Assembly (NCBI GenBank): GCA_964393235.1
Contig: CAYMTH010000001.1
Span: forward strand, 1 to 40,664
Direction: 5' to 3'
Origin: an uncultured Solibacteraceae bacterium
GTDB lineage: Bacteria > Acidobacteriota > Terriglobia > Bryobacterales > Bryobacteraceae
DNA: 40,664 bases
Shown here: positions 15,412 to 22,905 of the stretch, one piece after another
Position numbering within the stretch: position 1 is the first letter of the stretch
How the letters are laid out: each line of letters begins with the position of its first letter
The notes under the pieces: model-generated
Databases searched by the model: none
What the model saw: the letters and a program-made list of their open reading frames with translations, nothing else
Told to the model about the DNA's origin: nothing
Program-made: the position numbers and the translations under genes

Positions 15412-15421
15412 GTGACGTCAC
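15412..15421. promoter_or_regulatory. 10-bp palindrome GTGACGTCAC (extended as GACGTCACGA) in the RHH/early divergent spacer.
   Basis: The same GACGTCACGA 10-mer occurs at 11277-11286 and 11343-11352. Confidence 0.6.
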
Positions 15422-15513
15422 GAGCTCAACTGCACACAACGTCAGCCGCAGGCACAACTGCGAGGGCATGACCAGCATACGTCATGCCGCTCGACATTAC
15501 TACTGGGGGAAAC

Positions 15514-15720
15514 ATGGTGAATGAAAACGACGGGTTCTTCGGTCTGGCCCATGAGCGAAGGATCAAGGAGTTGAGCGACCGACTGGCCGCTCGCGATTGG
15601 GAGATCATGCAGGCCGAGCGCCGATGCTTGCAGTGGCAGTGGGCCGCGTACACGATGTTCGGGTGCGCCCTGGTCATTTTGATCCTCGCCGCCCTCTCGC
15701 AGGAAGGGGTGATCGGATGA
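15514..15720 (+). CDS. Small protein with a C-terminal transmembrane segment (68 aa).
   Basis: ATG at 15514 follows a GGGGGAAAC RBS-like sequence. Hydrophobic segment AAYTMFGCALVILILAAL. Confidence 0.5.
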   Translation: MVNENDGFFGLAHERRIKELSDRLAARDWEIMQAERRCLQWQWAAYTMFGCALVILILAALSQEGVIG

Positions 15721-16223
15721 TCCGCCGGCGAGTGATCGGGATTGACCCCGGCGCGGCCGGAGCCATCGTCGCCCTCGACCTCTGCTCCGAAGCCCCACAC
15801 CGGCGGCCGGCGGTGTACGACATGCCGGTCGTTGAGGTCGCCCGGGGCGGCCGGAGCTGCCGGGAGGTCCATGCGGCGGGCCTCGTCAGCCTATTTGAGA
15901 CGCTGCGCGACCAGGAGCCCGAGGCGCTGGTCGTGATCGAGAAGGTCAACGCTATGCCCGGGCAGGGCGTCACCTCGATGTTCACCTTCGGCCGCGCCGC
16001 CGGCGTCGTCGAGGGTGTCATCCTGGCGCTCGGGTTCCGCCTCCTCTGGGTCAGCCCGACCGAATGGCGGCGGGCCATGAAGGTGCGCCCGGGCAAGGAG
16101 GGCGGCCGTCTGCGGGCGTCTGAACTCGCGCCGGAGGCCCAGCACTACCTGACGCGGAAGAGCGACCACGGCCGCGCCGACGCCCTCCTCCTCGCCCTCT
16201 ACGGCCACCAGGAGGCCCTCTAA
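15717..16223 (+). CDS. RuvC-like Holliday junction resolvase.
   Basis: VIGIDPGAAGAIV, EKVNAMPGQGVTSMFTFGRAAGVVEG and SDHGRADALLLA are RuvC-fold motifs. ATGA overlap with the upstream gene. Confidence 0.8.
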   Translation: MIRRRVIGIDPGAAGAIVALDLCSEAPHRRPAVYDMPVVEVARGGRSCREVHAAGLVSLFETLRDQEPEALVVIEKVNAMPGQGVTSMFTFGRAAGVVEGVILALGFRLLWVSPTEWRRAMKVRPGKEGGRLRASELAPEAQHYLTRKSDHGRADALLLALYGHQEAL

Positions 16224-16224
16224 T

Positions 16225-16536
16225 ATGGCCGCCTGGACTACGAACGACGAGCTGTGCTTTCTGTTCGGCGGCGGCCCCGCCGGTGCGAAGGGTCTGGTGA
16301 ACATGACCCCCGAGAAGATCGCGTCTTGCCGCCTCGCCGCTGATAAGCCGCGCGTCAACCTGACCACCGTCCTCGAAGAGTACCTCGTCAACCTCCGCAA
16401 CCGTCGCTGGGACGGCTGCTCGGTGGAGGCCGACATCGTCGAGGAGACGCTGAAGACCTGGATGCGGGCGAACACCCATGGCGAACGCAATACGATCCGT
16501 GAGGACGTGCTGCGGGCGAAGGGGGCCGTCCTCTAA
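16225..16536 (+). CDS. Hypothetical protein (103 aa).
   Basis: Tightly packed in the operon, with a TAATG junction to the next gene. Protein-like sequence. Confidence 0.55.
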   Translation: MAAWTTNDELCFLFGGGPAGAKGLVNMTPEKIASCRLAADKPRVNLTTVLEEYLVNLRNRRWDGCSVEADIVEETLKTWMRANTHGERNTIREDVLRAKGAVL

Positions 16537-17108
16537 TGCTTCCAGGGTTGTCCGTCGTCAAAGTCCAGAAGGGAGATCCCCGGGTCGACCCTTTCATCCG
16601 GGGACGCCACTACCTGCGGAAATGGCCCGCTGTGACACCGCACGTCTTCTGCCTACTTCACGACGGTCGGCCGGTGGGAGTCATTTGCTTCAGCTTCCCT
16701 CCCAAGCAAGCCAATGTGCGGTACGGCTGCGAGGTGCTGGAGTTGTCCCGGCTGTGGGTTTCCGATGAGATGCCGACCAACACCGAGAGTTGGTTCATAT
16801 CTCAGAGCGTCGGGCAGCTCCGCTCTCTAGACCGGAAAGTAGGGGGCATCGTCACTTACGCAGACCCTTCAGTCGGGCATGCCGGTGCGATATACCGGGC
16901 GTCCAACTTCATCCCCGACGGGCGCACGGATCAGGAGCGCAAAACCCCGCGCTTCGACTACGAAGCAAACGGTGTCGTGTACTCCCGCAGGGCTCATGTC
17001 CCGGCGGGGGCGGAGGTTCGACGTGTTCCTCGCGTGAGCAAACACCGCTTTTTCTTGCCTCTCCACGCCTGTGTGCGACGCCAATACGCTGCGCGGAGGG
17101 CTGCGTGA
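16536..17108 (+). CDS. GNAT-fold, Mom-like protein (candidate DNA base-modification enzyme).
   Basis: The pattern RHYLRKWP...GRPVGVICFSFPP...ELSRLWVSDEMPTNTESWFIS...IVTYADPSVGHAGAIYRASNF resembles the Mu Mom-type family as I remember it (HY..W, ELNRLW..D...N.E, ..AD...G.G.IY.A.NF). No search was run. Confidence 0.5.
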   Translation: MLPGLSVVKVQKGDPRVDPFIRGRHYLRKWPAVTPHVFCLLHDGRPVGVICFSFPPKQANVRYGCEVLELSRLWVSDEMPTNTESWFISQSVGQLRSLDRKVGGIVTYADPSVGHAGAIYRASNFIPDGRTDQERKTPRFDYEANGVVYSRRAHVPAGAEVRRVPRVSKHRFFLPLHACVRRQYAARRAA

Positions 17109-18391
17109 ACCTCCGCCCGTATCAGGTCGACGGAGCGCTGTGGTTGGCGGAGACGCCGCGCGGGGTGTTGGCGGATCCTCCCGGGGTCGGCAAGACGCCC
17201 CAGACGATCCGCGCGGCCGACGCCGTCGGCGCGAAGAACGTCTACGTCATCGCCCCCGCCGTCGCCACCGGCAACTGGCGGGCCGAGTGGTCGCGGTGGG
17301 CGCGGAAGGCTCGTCTGGCTGGCTGCTACTCGTACGAGAGGGTCTGCAACGATGAGGCGCTCCAGCGGCAGATCCGGCAGGACTGCGACGTCCTGGTGAT
17401 CGACGAGGCGCACTATTTGAAGGCGCTGGACTCGAAGCGGACGAAGACGATATACAGCTGGAAGCAGCCGCTGAAAGGTCTGGCGGCCGGTCCCGCCTAC
17501 GTCTGGGCTCTCACCGGCACACCGGCACCCAATCATCTGGGCGAGTGGTACACCCACCTCCGTACCCTCCGGCCCGACCTGATCCCATGGGGCGGCCAAC
17601 CGATGCCCTATATGGAGTTCCTCCGCCGGTACACCCGCTGGCGGGCTGGGGCGTACGCGATCCAGGTGCTCGGGGTCAACCCGTCGACCCGCGCGGAGTT
17701 CCAGGCCATGATCAACCAGCTGGCGTTTCGCCGGGAGTTGGAGACGGTGCTGCCGGATCTGCCGCCGATCACCTGGGGCACGATCAACGTCGAGCGGGAG
17801 CGGGTGTCGGAGGAGCTGCGCCGACTGGAGCAGGATCCGGCCGTGCAGTCGATCCTGGCCGAGTACGAGCTCACGGGTGCGTTCCACGACCCCGGTGTCC
17901 ACCTCGCCACCCTCCGCCGCCTCATCGGAGAAGCGAAGGCCGCCGGTGTTATCGAGCTGGTCAAGGACGAGCTCGCCAACGGGCACTATGACAAGGTCGT
18001 CCTGTGGGCCGCGCACACGTCGGTGATCCGGCAGGTCGAACGGGCGTTCCACGGTGCGGTCCTGACCATCGACGGCTCGACGCCGCAGACCGCTCGCGCC
18101 GAGATCGTCGACCGTTTCCAGACCGATCCCGAGGTCAAGGTCTTCGTCGGCCAGATCCGCGCCGCCGGTACAGCGATCACGCTGACGGCCGCGCACAACA
18201 CGGTTTTTCTTGAGTCGTCGTGGGTTCCCGACGACGACTTGCAGGCGGCGAAGCGCTGCCACCGGTACGGCCAGACCCGGCCAGTACTCGCCAGACAATC
18301 AGTCCTCACCGGCTCAGTAGATGAGCTGGTGATGCGGCTGCACCAGAGGAAACTCGCAAACCAGATTCTGCCTACAGGAGCTCATCAGTGA
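17105..18391 (+). CDS. SNF2-family DEAD/H-box helicase.
   Basis: The GTG start overlaps the upstream stop (GTGA). Motifs: LRPYQVDGALW, DPPGVGKT, VLVIDEAHYLK, and the C-terminal helicase motif QAAKRCHRYGQTRPV. Confidence 0.85.
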   Translation: MNLRPYQVDGALWLAETPRGVLADPPGVGKTPQTIRAADAVGAKNVYVIAPAVATGNWRAEWSRWARKARLAGCYSYERVCNDEALQRQIRQDCDVLVIDEAHYLKALDSKRTKTIYSWKQPLKGLAAGPAYVWALTGTPAPNHLGEWYTHLRTLRPDLIPWGGQPMPYMEFLRRYTRWRAGAYAIQVLGVNPSTRAEFQAMINQLAFRRELETVLPDLPPITWGTINVERERVSEELRRLEQDPAVQSILAEYELTGAFHDPGVHLATLRRLIGEAKAAGVIELVKDELANGHYDKVVLWAAHTSVIRQVERAFHGAVLTIDGSTPQTARAEIVDRFQTDPEVKVFVGQIRAAGTAITLTAAHNTVFLESSWVPDDDLQAAKRCHRYGQTRPVLARQSVLTGSVDELVMRLHQRKLANQILPTGAHQ

Positions 18392-18930
18392 TCGAAGAAA
18401 ACGCTTTCCGCCTGCACTTCGCCGCCCCCGGTTTCGACATCCAGGTCGCGGCCGCGCAGGTCGCCAACCTCGCCCCCTTCCTCGCCATCATCTCCAAATC
18501 CGTCCTCGGCCCGACGCCCTCGCCGGAACTGACGGGCGAGGATGCGACGCTGACGCCGGCCGCACCCGAGCCCGCCCCGGCCCCCGCCGCCCCCGCGCCG
18601 GAGAAGCCGAAGCGGCCGCGCAACCGGGCCGAGCAGGCTCCCGAGATCCCGCCGCCCCCGGCCGCGCCGCAGAAGCAGTACGAGCCGGAACCGGAGCCCG
18701 AAGCCCCCGCCGCCCCCGCGCCCATCGCCGCGCCGCCGGCCGCCCCCGCCCCGGCCCTCGACCGGACTGAGGTGGCGAACATGTTCTTGGAGTACAGCAC
18801 GAAGGTCGGTATGGAGAACGCCAAGAAACTCTTGGCGACTTTTAACGCGCCGAAATTCCGTGACATTTTGGACGCCCAGCTTCCCGAGTTCCAGCAGCGG
18901 TTGCAGGCCGCGATGGAGATGGTCGGTTAA
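18388..18930 (+). CDS. Hypothetical protein with a ~100-aa Pro/Ala-rich linker (180 aa).
   Basis: GTGA overlap with the SNF2 stop. It has short N- and C-terminal folded-looking segments separated by PAAPEPAPAPAAPAPEKPK...APAAPAPIAAPPAAPAPA. Confidence 0.5.
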   Translation: MIEENAFRLHFAAPGFDIQVAAAQVANLAPFLAIISKSVLGPTPSPELTGEDATLTPAAPEPAPAPAAPAPEKPKRPRNRAEQAPEIPPPPAAPQKQYEPEPEPEAPAAPAPIAAPPAAPAPALDRTEVANMFLEYSTKVGMENAKKLLATFNAPKFRDILDAQLPEFQQRLQAAMEMVG

Positions 18931-20144
18931 TGGCCGCCCTGGGCCATACGGGGAGGCTCCACTGCGAGCTCTCCCCCTCCTCCGCCTACCGCTGGACGGC
19001 CTGCCCTGGGTCCGTCCAGCTGGTGCGGAAGGTGCCGAAACCGAAGTCCTCCGCCTACGCGGACGAGGGCACGGCCGCGCACGAATTCGCGGAGTCGTTT
19101 CTCGGTGCCGGTGCACTCGACACCAACCCGGTCGACTACGTCGGCGGTGAGCTCCACACCCCCTCCGGCCAGAAGATCACCATCGACCAGGAGTTCGCCG
19201 AGGCTGTCCAGGTTTACGTCGATTACTGCCGGAATCTGGCGACGGTCGCGAGCTGGGACGCCGTCGAGCGGCCCATCACCCTGGAGCCCCTCGACCCGCC
19301 GGCACCGATGTTCGGCACGGCCGACTTCGTCGCCGTCGTCGGCACGACGTTGCACGTCGTCGACCTGAAGTTCGGTCGTGGCGTCCTCGTCGAGGCCGTC
19401 GGCAACCTCCAGGCCCTCTACTACGCGCTGGGTGCGTTCCTGTCCCTCGACCCGGACCGGGCGAAGCCGTTGCGCGAAGTCACCATCACCATCGTCCAGC
19501 CCCGCGCAGAGCACCGCGACGGGCACGTCCGCAGCTGGACGCTGCCGGTCGAGGATCTGCTGGATCAGGCTATCGGCCTGTTCGACGCCGCCAAGCGGGC
19601 GCTCTCTCCGGCCGCCCCGCTGGTGGTCGGCAAACACTGCCGGTTCTGCGCGGCGCAGGGGGTCTGCACCGAGGCCTCGCGCACCGCTCTGGAGGTCGCC
19701 CGCAACGAGTTCGGCGTCATCGACACGATCACCCCGCCGGCCCCGCAGTCGCTCTCCCTGGAGCAGATCGCGGAGCTGATGGGCAAGTTCGACGACGTCG
19801 AGAAGTGGATGTCCGCTGTCCGCGCCTACGCCCAGGAAGCCGCCGAGCGTGGGGAGAAGATCCCCGGCTGGAAGCTGGTCGAGCGGCGGGCGAACCGGAA
19901 GTGGTCGTCCGAGGCGGAGCTCAAGTCCTGGGGCGAGCAGGCCGGTGTCTGCGTCTACTCGGACCCCGAAGTCATGTCCCCGGCCCAGCTTGAGAAGTCG
20001 CTGGGCAAAGGCAACAAACATCTCTTTCCGGCCGATCTGGTCGTGAAGCAGTCGTCCGGTCTTTCGCTGGCCCCCGAATGGGATAAACGGCCGGCGGTCA
20101 ACGCAGTGCCCGCAGCCGCCGAATTTACGGCAATTGGAGAATAA
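18930..20144 (+). CDS. DUF2800-family PD-(D/E)XK (Cas4-like) nuclease.
   Basis: SPSSAYRWTACPGS, GTAAHEFAE, GTADFVAV...VVDLKFGRGVLVEA, and the C-terminal Cys cluster CRFCAAQGVC. Confidence 0.8.
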   Translation: MAALGHTGRLHCELSPSSAYRWTACPGSVQLVRKVPKPKSSAYADEGTAAHEFAESFLGAGALDTNPVDYVGGELHTPSGQKITIDQEFAEAVQVYVDYCRNLATVASWDAVERPITLEPLDPPAPMFGTADFVAVVGTTLHVVDLKFGRGVLVEAVGNLQALYYALGAFLSLDPDRAKPLREVTITIVQPRAEHRDGHVRSWTLPVEDLLDQAIGLFDAAKRALSPAAPLVVGKHCRFCAAQGVCTEASRTALEVARNEFGVIDTITPPAPQSLSLEQIAELMGKFDDVEKWMSAVRAYAQEAAERGEKIPGWKLVERRANRKWSSEAELKSWGEQAGVCVYSDPEVMSPAQLEKSLGKGNKHLFPADLVVKQSSGLSLAPEWDKRPAVNAVPAAAEFTAIGE

Positions 20145-20145
20145 C

Positions 20146-20760
20146 GTGAATCCGAATAACGCCCCGTGGAATACCCCGTCTGCCGCCCCCGCGCCCGCCG
20201 CGCAGGAGGTGCAGACCCGCAACCTGATCACCCCATACGCCCGCCTCAGCTACCCGGCGCTGCTGGAGCCGAAGACGAAGCCCAATTCGACCGAATTGGC
20301 ATACAGCTGCTCCCTCGTGTTCCCGAAGGGCACCGACCTGTCGAAGCTGTATGCGGCTGCCCACGCCGCCGGCATCGCCAAGTTCGGGGAGGCCAAATAC
20401 CAGCAGATGGTCAAGATGGGCAAAATTCGCCTCCCGTTCCGCACCGATGGCGACGAGAAAGGATACCCGGAGGGGTCGGTCTACCTCAACGCTTCCTCGA
20501 AGACCCGCCCGCAGATCGTCGATCAGCGCCTCCAGCCCGTCGTCACCGACGACGAGCAGGGCATCTACGCGGGCTGCTGGGTCCGCGCGTCGATCAATTT
20601 CTACGGCTATGACACCCAGGGCAACCGTGGCGTCGGGGTCGGGTTGAACAACGTCCAGAAGGTCCGCGACGACAGCCGCTTCGATGGCCGCCGCGCCGCC
20701 GCGCAGGAGTTCTCCGCTATCGACGACGAGGCGATGGCCGACGCGCAGTCGCTGCTGTAG
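20146..20760 (+). CDS. DUF2815-family ssDNA-binding protein.
   Basis: RLSYPALLEPK..., LNASSKTRPQIVD, and CWVRASINFYGYDTQGNRGVGVGLNNVQKV. It lies in the usual position after DUF2800. The GTG at 20146 has a GGAGA RBS; the track start is TTG 20134. Confidence 0.75.
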   Translation: MNPNNAPWNTPSAAPAPAAQEVQTRNLITPYARLSYPALLEPKTKPNSTELAYSCSLVFPKGTDLSKLYAAAHAAGIAKFGEAKYQQMVKMGKIRLPFRTDGDEKGYPEGSVYLNASSKTRPQIVDQRLQPVVTDDEQGIYAGCWVRASINFYGYDTQGNRGVGVGLNNVQKVRDDSRFDGRRAAAQEFSAIDDEAMADAQSLL

Positions 20761-20768
20761 AGGCGAGG

Positions 20769-20972
20769 ATGGCGGAGCTCTACTTGGGGTTCGAGACGAA
20801 GCACACTTGCCCCGACTGCTCGGCGCAGTTCGTCAACGAGGCGCGGCCGGTTCCCGGCCGCCCCTTCCGCTGCCCCAAGTGTGCAAAGGCGTGGGCACAG
20901 CAGCGTGTGGCGAAAAACAATGCGAAGCGAAAACTACGAAAGGAGCAGAATGCAGGTCAATATCGACTTTGA
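20769..20972 (+). CDS. Small zinc-ribbon protein (67 aa).
   Basis: CPDC...CPKC. It overlaps the polymerase start by 23 nt. Confidence 0.45.
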   Translation: MAELYLGFETKHTCPDCSAQFVNEARPVPGRPFRCPKCAKAWAQQRVAKNNAKRKLRKEQNAGQYRL

Positions 20973-22905
20973 AACACGTTCCGCCGCCGACCTACGCAAG
21001 GTCGGCCTCTACCGCTACGCGGAGCACCCGACGACGCAGGTGTCCTGCCTCGCGTACAGCATCGACGGCGGGGATGTCCAGGGCTGGAGGATCGGGCAGC
21101 CGATGCCGGCGGAGCTGCTGGCCGCCGCGCGACATGCCGAGTTCCACGCCTGGAACGCGCAGTTCGAGCGGGTGATCTGGCGAGAGGTGCTGCTCCGGCA
21201 GTGGAAGCTGGAGATCGACGAGGTGCCGCCCCTCCGCCGCTGGCACTGCTCCATGGCGCTGGGTGGCCTCCATGGCCTCCCGCTCCAGTTGGAGAAGGCG
21301 GCCGAGGCCGTCGGCCTCGCCCAGGGGAAAGACGTCGCCGGCGGGGCCCTGATGATGAGGATGTGCCGGCCGCGCGGGTACGACTCGACGGGCTGGCCCG
21401 TGTGGTGGGACGACGATGAGCGGATGGAGCGCCTGCTCGCGTATTGCAGACAGGACGTGCGCGTGGAGATGGAGATCGCCGCGAAGCTGACATTGATGCC
21501 GGCGGGCGAGCGACTGCTCTACATGCTCGACCAGACGATCAACGAGCGCGGCGTCGAGCTCGACATCAACCTCCTCCTCGCCTCTCTGTCGATGGCGAAG
21601 AAAGCCACGGCTGCCGCCGACGCCGAGCTCGACCGGATCACCTCCGGCGCAGTGGCTGGCGTCTCGAAAGTCTCCGCACTGACCCGCTGGATCCGCCAGC
21701 AGGGCGTCGAGGTCGAGAGCCTCGCCAAGAGGTCCGTGGAGGCCCTCCAGGCGGGCGAGATACCGGACGAGGTGTCCCAGGCACTCATGGTGCGCCAGGA
21801 GGCCGCCAAGAGCAGCGTGGCAAAACTTGAGACGATGCTGGCGTATCGCGGCGCGGGCGGCCGGATGCGTGGTCTGCTCCAGTACGCTGGAGCCGCCACC
21901 GGCCGCTGGGCCGGACGTGGCCCGCAGCCCCATAACTTTCCGCGCGGCACTGTGCCGAATGCGGAGACGTGGATCCCGTCGGTCCTGCTGGGCGACCTAG
22001 ACCTGATCGACCAGTTCCATCCGGTCCTCGACGTCATCTCGTCCCTGCTGCGGGCGCACATAGTGCCGGGGCAGGGCAAGCGGTTCGTCGCCGGAGATTT
22101 CGCCGCCATCGAAGCGCGGGTGCTTGCGTGGCTGGCTGGGCAGGCGGATCTGCTGGAGCTGTTCAGAACCGGCGGCGACGTGTACAAGGCCATGGCGTCC
22201 AGGATCTACGTCGTGCCGACGAGCGAGGTCACGAAGACCCAGCGGCAGATGGGCAAGACGGCGATCCTGGGTCTGGGGTTCCAGATGGGTCCGGCGAAGT
22301 TCATCGAGTCCTGCCTCGCCATGGCCGGCGTCGCAATCGAGGAAGACTTCTCTCGCACGGTCGTCGCCGCATACCGGCAGGCGAACAAGAAGATCGTGGC
22401 GCTCTGGTACGCCCTCGACGACGCGGCCGTCATGGCCGTCGCGACGGGCGAGGCGCAAGTTGTGCCCGGCACCGACGGGAAGTTGCTGTTCGATACGGAG
22501 GGCGGCTGGTTGCGCCTCCGGCTGCCGAGCGGCCGGTTTCTGTTCTACGCGAATCCCCGTCTGGTCGAGGTCGAGACGCCCTGGGGCGACAAGCGGAGCG
22601 TCGTCGCTGTCGACCACTGGGATGGGATCGCGCGGAAGTGGCGGGCGCGGAAAATGTATGGCGGGCTGTGGACGGAAAACGCTGTCCAGGCGACGGCCCG
22701 CGATCTGCTGGCACAGGCGATGCTGCGCCTGGAGAAGGCCGGGTACGAGGTAGTCCTGACCGTCCACGACGAAGTGGTCGCGGAGGTCGATCTTGAGGAG
22801 GGTTCGGTGGAAGAGTTCGAGAGCTTGATGTGTGAGGTGCCTGAGTGGGCGGAGGGCTGCCCGGTGTCGGTCGAGGGCTGGGAAGGCCCGAGGTATCGGA
22901 AATGA
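20950..22905 (+). CDS. Family A DNA polymerase with a 3'-5' exonuclease domain.
   Basis: Exo I motif NIDFETRS. Pol motif A FVAGDFAAIEARVLAW, motif B RQMGKTAILGLGFQMG, motif C LTVHDEVVAEV. An AGGAG RBS precedes the ATG at 20950. Confidence 0.9.
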   Translation: MQVNIDFETRSAADLRKVGLYRYAEHPTTQVSCLAYSIDGGDVQGWRIGQPMPAELLAAARHAEFHAWNAQFERVIWREVLLRQWKLEIDEVPPLRRWHCSMALGGLHGLPLQLEKAAEAVGLAQGKDVAGGALMMRMCRPRGYDSTGWPVWWDDDERMERLLAYCRQDVRVEMEIAAKLTLMPAGERLLYMLDQTINERGVELDINLLLASLSMAKKATAAADAELDRITSGAVAGVSKVSALTRWIRQQGVEVESLAKRSVEALQAGEIPDEVSQALMVRQEAAKSSVAKLETMLAYRGAGGRMRGLLQYAGAATGRWAGRGPQPHNFPRGTVPNAETWIPSVLLGDLDLIDQFHPVLDVISSLLRAHIVPGQGKRFVAGDFAAIEARVLAWLAGQADLLELFRTGGDVYKAMASRIYVVPTSEVTKTQRQMGKTAILGLGFQMGPAKFIESCLAMAGVAIEEDFSRTVVAAYRQANKKIVALWYALDDAAVMAVATGEAQVVPGTDGKLLFDTEGGWLRLRLPSGRFLFYANPRLVEVETPWGDKRSVVAVDHWDGIARKWRARKMYGGLWTENAVQATARDLLAQAMLRLEKAGYEVVLTVHDEVVAEVDLEEGSVEEFESLMCEVPEWAEGCPVSVEGWEGPRYRK

